Source: Gammaproteobacteria bacterium (GTDB lineage Bacteria; Pseudomonadota; Gammaproteobacteria; CBDBNL01; JAAOII01). Taken from it: a stretch of DNA of 64,000 nucleotides. Below the pieces are notes generated by a model, which saw only the letters and a program-made list of their open reading frames with translations, was not told the origin of the DNA and did not search any database. Shown here piece after piece: positions 9,717 to 20,000 of the stretch. How positions within the stretch are numbered: position 1 is the first letter of the stretch; every line of letters begins with the position of its first letter. The stretch spans positions 1,088,001 through 1,152,000 of the forward strand of contig OZ242372.1 in NCBI GenBank assembly GCA_965209035.1. Reading direction: 5' to 3'. The position numbers and the translations under genes were made by a program.

Positions 9717-10823
9717 TTATTGCGACAAGCCTTTCTTTTGTAATCCCTTTTGTAATCCCTTTTGTAATCCCTTTTGTAATCCCTTTTGTAATCCCTTTTG
9801 TAATCCCTTTTTTGATCCCTTTTTTGATCCCCTTTTTTGTTTCTCTTTTAATCGCAGGGTATAGTCTCTCATATGAATCGTGTGCGGATCACTCGGGTTG
9901 ATTTTCAACGCCTTATCATAATCCTCAATCGCGGCATCAAATTGTTTCAATTCAAGTTTCACAACTCCTCTGCTTAATAATGTTTCCGCACTTTTGGGAT
10001 TCATTTGGATGGCACGATCCAGATCAGCCATCGCCGGCTCGTATTGTTTCAACCGGGCACGGGCAGTCCCCCGTTTGCCATATGCCTCGGCACCTTGCGG
10101 ATCCAGCTCAATCACACGATCATAGTCGGCAATAGCCGCCGCATACCGCCCCAAGTCAAACTTGGTATATCCCCGACTTTTATATGCCTCGACATATGCC
10201 GGATCAATTGCAATGGCACGGTCATAATCGGCAAGAGATTCTTCATACTGCTCTAATTCAAACTTGGCATTTCCCCGATGAATGTACGTCTCGGCATCTT
10301 GCGGATCCAGCTCAATCACACGATCATAGTCGGCAATAGCCGCCGCATACCGCCCCAAGTCAAACCTGGTATGTCCCCGATTTATATATGCCTTGACATC
10401 TGCCGGATTAATTTGAATGGCACGGTCATAATCGGCAAGAGATTCTTCAAGTTGCTCTAACTCGACTTTGGCATTTCCCCGACTGTTGTATGCCTCGGCA
10501 TATTCCGGATTAATTTCAATGGCACGGGTATAATCAGCGATAGCCTGTTCATGCTGCTCCAAGCAAAACTTGGCACTTCCCCGATTGAAGTATGCCTTGA
10601 CATCTGCCGGATAGATTTCAATGGCACGATCAAAATCAGCGATAGCCGGTTCGTATTGTTTCAATCGGGCATAGGAAACTCCCCGATTTAAATATGCGCC
10701 GACACTTTTGGGGGAAATCGCGATGATCCGGTCATACTCTTTGATCGCACCCGGATAGTCCTCTTGTTGCATAAGGGCGTCGGCTTTGTGGAAACGCTTT
10801 ATCATGGTGATGATCGATATCAT
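9717..10823 (-). CDS. TPR repeat protein 4 with (GSKK)2(GLQK)6 tail
   Basis: TPR periodicity; start could be 10823 or 10805. Confidence 0.9.
   Translation of the reverse strand: MISIITMIKRFHKADALMQQEDYPGAIKEYDRIIAISPKSVGAYLNRGVSYARLKQYEPAIADFDRAIEIYPADVKAYFNRGSAKFCLEQHEQAIADYTRAIEINPEYAEAYNSRGNAKVELEQLEESLADYDRAIQINPADVKAYINRGHTRFDLGRYAAAIADYDRVIELDPQDAETYIHRGNAKFELEQYEESLADYDRAIAIDPAYVEAYKSRGYTKFDLGRYAAAIADYDRVIELDPQGAEAYGKRGTARARLKQYEPAMADLDRAIQMNPKSAETLLSRGVVKLELKQFDAAIEDYDKALKINPSDPHTIHMRDYTLRLKEKQKRGSKKGSKKGLQKGLQKGLQKGLQKGLQKGLQKKGLSQ
9736..9831. repeat. 12-bp coding tandem repeat (TTTTGTAATCCC)x6 plus two variants
   Basis: Directly visible; encodes GLQK/GSKK units on the minus strand. 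Confidence 0.95.
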
Positions 10824-11051
10824 TGGCAGAACCTTTGGGTTGGTTGTATTAGTAGTGAATAATGAGTTCGGTTAATCTCTGCTTTCTATTGTTTGAACTT
10901 CTTTGCAAGACATGTTTGTATTATACTTTTAAAGGAAAGCAAAACCAAATTGAACTGTTCCTGAGTAAAAGATGTCCATGCTTCTTGGCAATATACCCGG
11001 TGCTTTTTAAAAAAGTGATTTAGAGTGTTTCGTCCAGTTGCTTTGTGTTTT

Positions 11052-14000
11052 TTAAATTAATGGCTTCTCTGATATGTAAGAAGGTAACTTCCCGGAGATT
11101 ATGGGGCTTATCGATTCTGGATGAGTACTATATGACGGCGAGACGGTCACCCCTGAGATATTATAGAAATTATTGGTTATTTCGGACTTGGATAGACTAT
11201 CTGTGACGGGTCCATCCTGAGATATTATAGAGATCATTATAGATAGGTGATAGATGAGGTTGCCCATAATTTCTTGTCGGGGCGGTCCCTGCCCAGAACT
11301 CACCGGGCGATTGATGAGGTTCTTTATCATTTCTTATTGGGGAGGCAGCAACCTGATTCGGCATAAGGCGGTTGATGAGGTTATCTATAATTTCTCTTGG
11401 ACGGATAGAAAGTGTTTTTGTCCCCATAACGATATCCGCGGTGTATCGTTTATCAAGAAAGTCTATAAATTTCTCTACAAGGTCTGCTTTGTCTTTATCA
11501 CCTTCTACGGGCTTTGACAGCATTAAATCAATTGCCTGGCCTTTGATGAATGCATTCTCTTGCAAGGCATGAAACTTTTTCTCACTTCTTAAACAAATAA
11601 TCACATACCAAATAATAGAAAAATTTAAAGCAAAGGCAACGGTAAGTAAAGAGAATACTGATTGTGGTTTCAAATTTATTATAGCCTCACATTCTTGAAA
11701 GTAGCAACGAAAAAAAGTTATAAATACTGCCGCAATTATAGAAAATAACAAGACAAGCATACCCCCTAATGCATCGTCTCAAATGTCGACAAATATCTTC
11801 TTATTTTTCTTCCCGTCTTTCATAAGGTTTTTTTATTGAAGCAACCTTCTTTTCGTTTTTTAGTCTCAATGCATAGTCTCTGTTATGAATTGCTTGCCGA
11901 TTATCTGGGCTTATTTTCAAAGATTCAGTATAATCGTCTATCGCAGCGTCATACTGTTTCAACCCAAGTTTAGCATTTCCCCGATTGAAGTATGCACTGG
12001 CATCTTTCGGATTAATTGCAATGGCACGGTCAAAATCAGCAATAGCCTGTTCGTATTGTTTCAACAGAGTATAGGAATTTCCCCGATTCTTGTATGCGCT
12101 CGCATTTTTTGGATTAATTTCAACGGCACGGTCAAAATCAGCAATAGCCTGTTCGTATTGTTTCAACAGAGCATAAGCAGTTCCTCGATTGTTGTATGCC
12201 TTAGCGTGTTCAGGATCAATTTTAATGGCACGATCATAATCCGCAATGGCTTTTTTATGCTGCTTCAATACGATTCGGGCAGTTCCTCGCCTTAAGTACA
12301 CCTCGGCATCTTCCGGATTAATTTGTATGGCACAGTCATAATCGGCGATGGATTGTTCATACTGTTCTAATTTAAACTTGACATTTCCTCGATAGAAGTA
12401 TACCTTGGTATCTTCCGGATTAATTTCAAGGGCACGGTCGTAATCAGCGATAGCCTGTTCGTATTGTTTCAACAGGGTGTAGGCATATCCTCTATTGTTG
12501 TACGCCTCGGCATATTCCGAATTAATTTGAATGGCAAGATCAAAATCAGCGATGGCTTTTTCATACTGCTTAAATTCGCCTCTGGCAGTTCCACGATTGT
12601 TGTATGCATTCGCATCCTTCGGATTAATTTCAATGGCACGATCATAGTCAGCGATAGCCTGTTTGTATTGTTTCAACACAGCATAGCAATTTCCCCGACC
12701 GTTGTGCGCTTCGACATCTTTCGGATTAATTTCAATGGCACGATCATAATCAGCAATAGCCTGTTCGTATTGTTTCAACACAGCATAGCAATTTCCCCGA
12801 TTGTTGTATGCATTCGCATTTTTCGGATTAATTTCAATGGCACGGTCAAAATCAGCGATAGCCTGTTCGTATTGTTTCAACACAGCATAGGACTTTCCCC
12901 AATTGTTGTATGCTTTGGCATGTTCCGGATTAATTTCAATGGCACGATCATAATCAGCAATAGCCTATCCGTATTGTTTCAACCGGGCGTGGGCAGCTCC
13001 CCGATTATTATATGCCTCGGCATCTTCCGGATTAATTTCAATGGCACGATCATAGTCGGCAAGAGCCTGTTCATACTGTTCTAATTCAAACTTGACATTT
13101 CCCCGATTGAAATATGCTTCGGCATATTTCAGATTAATTTTAATGGCACGGCCGTAATCAGCGATAGCCTGTTCGTATTGTTTCAACAGGGTGTAGGCAG
13201 CTCCCCGATTGTTATATGCCTCGGCATCTTCCGGATTAATTTCAATGGCACGATCATAATCGGCAATGGCATGTTCATACTGTTTCAATTCCCTTTTAGC
13301 ATTTCCACGATTATTATATGCTGCTGCATTTTTTGAATCAAGTTCAATGACACGATCAAAATCAGCAATAGCCTGTTCGTATTGTTTCAACAGAGCATAG
13401 GAATTTCCCCGTTTTAAGTGCGCCTTGGCATCTTTAGGATTAATTTCAATGGCACGGTTATAATCGGCGACAGGTTGTTTGGATTGTTTTAATTGGACAC
13501 GGGCAGTTTCCCGATTGTTGTATGCATTCACATCTTTCGGATTAATTTCAAGGGCACGATCATAATCGGTAATAGCCTGTTCGTATTGTTTCAACAGAGC
13601 ATAGGAATTTCCCCGATTGTTGTATGCCGCCACCTTTTTTGGATCAAATTGAATGACACGATCGTAGTCCAAAATAGCTTTTTCATACTGCTTTAATATG
13701 CTCCTGACAGTTCCTCGATTTAAGTATACCGCGGCATCTTGCGGATTAATTTGTATGGCACGATCATAATCGGCGGTAGATTGTTCATATTGTTTTAATT
13801 TAAACTTGATATTTCCCCGATTGAAGTATGCTCTGGCATCTTGTGGATTAATTTGTATGGCACGATCATAATCGGCGATAGCCTGTTCGTATTGTTTCAA
13901 CCGGGCATAGGAATTTCCCCGATTGTTATATGCTCTGGTATCTTGCGGATTAATTTCAATAGCACGATCATAATCGGCAAGAGCCTGTTCGTATTGTTTT

Positions 14001-14782
14001 AACTGGGCATGAATATTTCCTCGATTGTTGTATGCTATTGCATTTTTTGAATCAATCTGAAGGGCACGATTATAATCGGCAATGGCATGCTCGTATTGTT
14101 TTAACTGGACATGAGCAGTCCCCCGATTTAAGTATGCCTTAGCATCTTTCGGATTAATTTCAATAGCACGATCATAATCGGCTATAGATTGTTCATACTG
14201 TTCTAATTTAAACTTGGCAATTCCCCGATTGTTGTATGCGTTCGCATCTTTCAGATTAATTTCAATAGCACGATCATAATCGGCGATAGATTGTTCATAC
14301 TGTTCTAATTTAAACTTGATTTTTCCTCGATTATTGTAGGCATCTACATCTTTTGGATTAATTTCAATAGCACGATCATAATCGGCAAGAGCCTGTTCAT
14401 GCTGCTTCAATTCGCTTCTGACAGTTCCCCGATTGTTGTATGCGTTCGCATCTTTCGGATTAATTTCAATGGCACGACCATAGTCGGCAATAGCCTGTTC
14501 ATATCGTTTCAACCCGGCGTGGATAGTTCCCCGATTGTTGTATGTGTCCGCATCTTCCGGATTAATTTCAATGACACGATCAAAATCAGCAACAGATTGT
14601 TCGTATTGTTTCAACACAGCATAGGCAATTCCTCGATGTAAGTGCGCGTCGACATTTTTGGGGTCAAGCCTAATGGCTTGATCATATTCTTTTATTGCAC
14701 CCTGATAGTCCTTCTGTTGCAGAAGGGCAATACCTTTTTTCAAATACTCTTTTCCGGTCATGATCGATGTTGTTGGTAACAC
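11052..14782 (-). pseudogene. Very long TPR + transmembrane gene broken by stops and frameshifts (paralog of 14951-16708)
   Basis: ORFs 12965-14782 and 11801-12883 share a frame and are separated by a TAG at 12965-12967; TAA at 11801; extra base in the C5 run at 11762-11766 before the TM ORF 11197-11760, which aligns with the C-terminus of 14951-16708. Confidence 0.8.
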
Positions 14783-14950
14783 CTTTCGGTTGGTCGTATT
14801 AGTAGTGAATTTTGAGTTTTCTTGCCAGACACGTTTGTATTATACAATTAAACCAAATATACCCGACAAGATACAGGTTCGTAAAGAATATTTGGGCTCC
14901 CTGTCAATATACCTAGTGCTCTTTCATAAAGTGAATTAGAATTCTTCTCT

Positions 14951-16708
14951 TTACTGTTTTGTATCTTTTAGATCAAGGGTTTCTCTGAGACGATTGATGA
15001 GATTCTCTATAATTTCTTGTTGAGGGATAGAAGGTGTTTTTGTTCCCATAACAATATCGGCTGTGGATCGTTTATCATGAAAGTCTATAAATTTCTCTAC
15101 GAGGCGCGCTCTATCCTTGTCATCCCTTACAGGTTTTGACAGAATTAAATCAATCACTTGACGCTTGGTAAAAGCATCCTCCAGCAAGGCATGAAATTTT
15201 TTCTCGCTTCTTAAGCAAATTATCGCATACCAAATGAAAGAAAAACTCAAAACAAAGGAAATGGCAATTAAAGAGAATATTGCTTGTGGTCGCAGATTTA
15301 TTAGTATTTCTTGAATGATTGGTATTTGCTGATTTATTATGTCTTCACATTCTTGAAAAAGGCACGGCAACAAGGGTGCAAATACTATAGATGCTGCAAG
15401 AACAAATATTAACGCAATTATAATTGCAACCATAAAAAGCATGCCCCTAGTTTGCCACCTTAAAAAGCAACAATTTTTTTTATATTCTTTTTCCCGATCT
15501 GCATAAGATTCTTTTATTGAAATAAAATCCTCTTCGTTTTTTCGTCTCAAAGCATATTCTCTGTCATGATTTGCCTGCCAGTTATCCCGATTTATTTTCA
15601 AGGATGCCGTATAGTCCTCTATTGCTGCGTCATACTGTTTTAATTCGAGTTTGGTAGTTCCTCTATTGAAGTATATTTCCGCATTTTGAGGATTGATTTT
15701 AATCGCTCGGTCATAGTCGGCAAAAGCCTGTTTGTATTTTTTCAACCGGGCGTAAGCAGCCCCTCTATTATTATATGCTTCGGCATCCTCCGGATTAATT
15801 TGAATGGCACGATCATAATTGGCGATGGCTTTTTCATACTGCTTCAATTCGTTTCTGGCAATTCCTCGATAGTTATATGTGTCTGAATCTTTCGGATTAA
15901 TTTGAATCGCGCGGTCATAATCGGCGATGGCTTGTTCATACTGTGCTAATTCAAACTTGGCAGCCCCCCGGTTGAAGTATGCTTGGGCATACCCCGGATT
16001 AATTTGCAGTGCACGATCATAATTGGCGATGGCCTGTTCATACTGTGCTAATTCAAACTTGGCAGCCCCTCGATTGAAGTATGCTTTGGCATCTTCCGGG
16101 TTAATTTCAATCGCTCGGTCATGGTCTGCAATAGCCTGTTCATACTGTTTTAATTCGAACTTAGCCTTTCCTCGATTAAAGTATGCTTTGGAATCTTGAG
16201 GATTAATTTCAATCGCACGGTCGTAATCGGCAATAGCCTGTTCATACTGTTTTAATTCTAACTTAGTGTTTCCGCGATTGAAATACGCCTTGGCATATTC
16301 CGAATTAAATTCAATAGCACGATTATAATCAGCGATGGCTTTTTCATACTGCTTCAATTCGCTTCTGGCATTTCCACGATTGTTGTATGCCTTGGCATCT
16401 TCTGGATTAATTTCAACGACACGATTATAATCGGCGATAGCCTTTTCGTATTGTTTCAACCCAGCATAGACATTTCCACGATTGTTGTATGCCTTGGCGT
16501 CTTCTGGATTGATTTGTATCGCACGACTATAATCGGCAATAGCCCGTTCATTCTGTTTTAATTTAAAATTGGCCGTTTTCCAATGTAAATGTGCTTCGGT
16601 ATTTTGGGGATCAAGTTTAATGGCTTGGTCATATTCTTTTATCGCGCCCTGATAGTCCTTCTGTTGCAGAAGGGCGTTGCCTTTTTTCAAATGTTCTTCT
16701 ATGGTCAT
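14951..16708 (-). CDS. TPR repeat protein with C-terminal two-helix membrane domain
   Basis: About 11 TPRs, then hydrophobic MLFMVAIII...LLP and AIFSLIA...IICL segments and a soluble tail. Confidence 0.9.
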   Translation of the reverse strand: MTIEEHLKKGNALLQQKDYQGAIKEYDQAIKLDPQNTEAHLHWKTANFKLKQNERAIADYSRAIQINPEDAKAYNNRGNVYAGLKQYEKAIADYNRVVEINPEDAKAYNNRGNARSELKQYEKAIADYNRAIEFNSEYAKAYFNRGNTKLELKQYEQAIADYDRAIEINPQDSKAYFNRGKAKFELKQYEQAIADHDRAIEINPEDAKAYFNRGAAKFELAQYEQAIANYDRALQINPGYAQAYFNRGAAKFELAQYEQAIADYDRAIQINPKDSDTYNYRGIARNELKQYEKAIANYDRAIQINPEDAEAYNNRGAAYARLKKYKQAFADYDRAIKINPQNAEIYFNRGTTKLELKQYDAAIEDYTASLKINRDNWQANHDREYALRRKNEEDFISIKESYADREKEYKKNCCFLRWQTRGMLFMVAIIIALIFVLAASIVFAPLLPCLFQECEDIINQQIPIIQEILINLRPQAIFSLIAISFVLSFSFIWYAIICLRSEKKFHALLEDAFTKRQVIDLILSKPVRDDKDRARLVEKFIDFHDKRSTADIVMGTKTPSIPQQEIIENLINRLRETLDLKDTKQ

Positions 16709-17031
16709 GATCTATGTTGTTAATAAAACCTTTCGGTTGATTGTATTAGTAGTAAATTTTCAATCTCTTTCCCGGACATGTTTGTATTATACTTTCTTTC
16801 TTTCCAAACAGACCAAAACCAAACGCATCCGACAAGACACAAGTACACAAACTCGCAAAAAATACGCCTACCCACCCAGCCTTAACACAAAGAGTCCGAA
16901 ACCGGTTGGGATGATACACCGCCCAGTTAAAGGTTTCAAAATAAAGTATAATTTGGAGAGGTTGGCTATGTATATGATAGCGTTGTGTTTGCTTCTCGGC
17001 AAACGCAATAAGAAATAAATGGGGTAAAGAT

Positions 17032-20000
17032 ATGGCCAATTCATTTGAGGATGTCCTCAATACACTGAGGGAACTCAGTAACAATAAGAGGGAACAGGGG
17101 AGACGATTTGAGTGCTTGATGCAGTCCTTCTTGCAAGAAGACCCCGAATACAAAAATCTGTTTTCGGATGTCTGGCTGTGGGAACAATGGCCCGACCGCG
17201 ATGGTCCGGATACGGGCATAGACCTGGTTGCCCGCGAAAGGGAAACCGGGCGTTTCTGGGCAATCCAATGTAAGTTCTACAAGAAGGAGTATTCTCTGGC
17301 AAAGTCCGACATAGATTCGTTTTTGGCCGCCTCGGGAACAAGGCAATTCCACTACCGCATGATTATCAGCACCACCGATCAGTGGACGGGCAATCTGCGC
17401 CGAGAGGTAGAAAACCAAAAGACCCCCTGCCGGATTTTACGATTTCAAACTCTGGCGAAACGGGATATTGTGTGGCCCGACCTGGCAAGAAACCAAACAA
17501 CGATCAAAATCAATGCGCCCAAAAAACCATGGAAGCACCAAGAGGATGCCATTGAAAAAGTCATCGCCGGCTTAAAGGTTGCCGACCGGGGAAAACTGAT
17601 TATGGCATGCGGGACGGGCAAGACACTAACCTCAATAAGAATTGCCGAAAAGATGCTCCCGCAGGGTGGCACAGTGTTGTTTCTTGCGCCGTCTCTTTCC
17701 CTCCTGTCACAAAACATCTGCGAATGGGCGTATAACAAAACGACCGAGCATACTTATTTGGCGGTCTGTTCGGATACGGGGGTTGGCCGACATCGCAATC
17801 AAAAGACAGAGGAAGACGCAAACGACCCGGACGCCCACTATACAAAGTTGGAGGACCTGGCTTACCCCGCCACAACCAACAGCAAAGAGATACGCGACAG
17901 GCTCGGCAAGCGAAAAGAAAAATTGCAAGTTGTCTTTTCCACTTATCATTCGTTGGAAGTGCTGCACCTGGCACAAAAAGACGGCGCCGCCGAGTTTGAT
18001 TTGGTCATCTGCGACGAAGCCCACAAAACGGCGGGACAAAAAAGACCGGACGGGACCATTCCGGAGTTTTCCCAAATTCACGATGCCAACTACCTGCGCG
18101 CCCGCAAGCGATTATATATGACCGCCACCCCGAAAATTTTTGCCGAGAAGGCGCGCCAAAAAGCGGACGAGGCCGAAATAGATCTCTTTTCTATGGATGA
18201 CCCGAAGGTGTTCGGCGAAGAACTCTATCGCCTCAGTTTCGGCAAGGCGGTGGAGAACCGGATGCTGGCGGATTACAGGGTGATCATCCTGTGCGTCTCC
18301 AAAGAATACATCGCCAACAAGTTCCCCGCATTCTTGGCGGACCAAGATCTTAAATTACCGGATGCCGTCAAGATGGCGGGTTGCTGGCGTGCACTGACCG
18401 AGAAGGCCATATCGCAAAGAGAAGCATCCGGCGGCGATACCGGCCATACCGGAGATGCCGAAAACACCGCCAACCCGGCCGACACGGAAACACCGCCGAA
18501 AATCCTTTCCCGCTCGGTGGCATTTTTCAATCGTATCAAAGACTCAAAACATTTCCAAGAAAAGATGCAAAATGTCGTCAAAAGAATTCAAGACAAAAAA
18601 ACTGCCGAAGGAAACGAATCGCAAATCCCGTTCGGTATCGAGCATGTGGACGGAACTCAAGGAGCATTGGAACGCAGCCGGAAATTGGATTGGTTGCGCG
18701 ATGCGAGCAACGCAGAGTGCCGCATTCTGATGAATGTCCGCTGTCTTTCCGAAGGCATCGATGTGCCGGCCCTGGATGCGGTGCTGTTCATGCAGCCGCG
18801 CAGATCCGAAGTGGATGTGGTGCAATCGGTCGGGCGGGTGATGCGAAAGGCGCCCGATAAGAAATACGGTTATATCATTCTACCGGTGGTAGCGCCGGCA
18901 AATGCGGATGAAGCAAAGGTCTTGGACAAGAACGAAGATTACAAAACCATCTGGGAAGTTCTAAACGCACTGCGCGCGCATGACGACCGGTTCAATGCGA
19001 TGATTCACAAGATAGACCTCAACCACAAAAAACCGGACCAAGTGGATATCATCGGCATCGGCGCGGGCGGCGAGGTTGTCGAGGATACAAAAGGACTATA
19101 CGGGGGGCAATTGGATCTGCGTTTCGGTGAAATAGAAGAAAAGATTTACGCGACCATCGTCAAGAAATGCGGCGAGCGTCTGTATTGGGAAGATTGGGCA
19201 AAGAATGCCGCCGAACTTGTAAGCCATACGGAAACGCGCATCCGCGGTCTGGTTAAAAATAAGGAGGGCGCCGCCAAAGAATTCAACAAATTTCTTAAGA
19301 CACTGCGCGGGGCAATTAACCCCGCCATCACCGAAGAGGATGCCCGGATGATGCTCGGCCAGCATGCGGTGACCCAGGCAATTTTTGAAGCACTCTTTGC
19401 CGACTACGAGTTCGCGCAACAAAATCCCGTGTCGCAACGGATGAATGCGGTTCTAAACCATCTGGGACAATACGGTCTGCAAAACGAGGTTCGCGATCTG
19501 GAAAGTTTCTACGAGGATGTCCGCAAACGCGTTGCCAAAATAGACAACGCGGAAGGACGCCAAGCGGTCATGGCAAGCCTGTATGAGAAGTTCTTTTCGG
19601 CGGCATTTGCCAAGGAAGCAAATCGGCTGGGCATTGTTTACACGCCGCCCGAAGTGGCGGACTTCATTTTGCACAGTGCGGACGCGGTTGCCCGCCAAGA
19701 ATTCGGCGAAGGATTGGCGGACGAGAATGTTAACATTCTGGATCCCTTCACGGGAACCGGGCTGTTTGTCGCCCGCCTGCTTCAAAACAAGGAACTGATC
19801 GGCGATGATGCTCTCAAACGGAAATTCCAAAAAGAGGTCTTTGCCTATGAGACGGTCCTGCTGGCATACTACATCGCCGCCGTCAATATTGAGGCGGCCT
19901 ATCAGTCCCGGCTAAACGAAAAGCACTACGAACCTTTCAAGGGCATCGCCCTGACAGACACCTTTCAACGGGCGGAAAAGGATAAAACCGAAGACATCTT

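Noticed and set aside
11801-12967. Stop-codon reassignment explaining the in-frame stops
   Set aside because: The gene has TAG, TAA and frameshifts together, while other genes end normally at TAG, TAA and TGA
5169-16708. Diversity-generating retroelement acting on the TPR or Panacea paralogs
   Set aside because: No reverse transcriptase in the window, and the differences inspected (Panacea pair) are not adenine-specific
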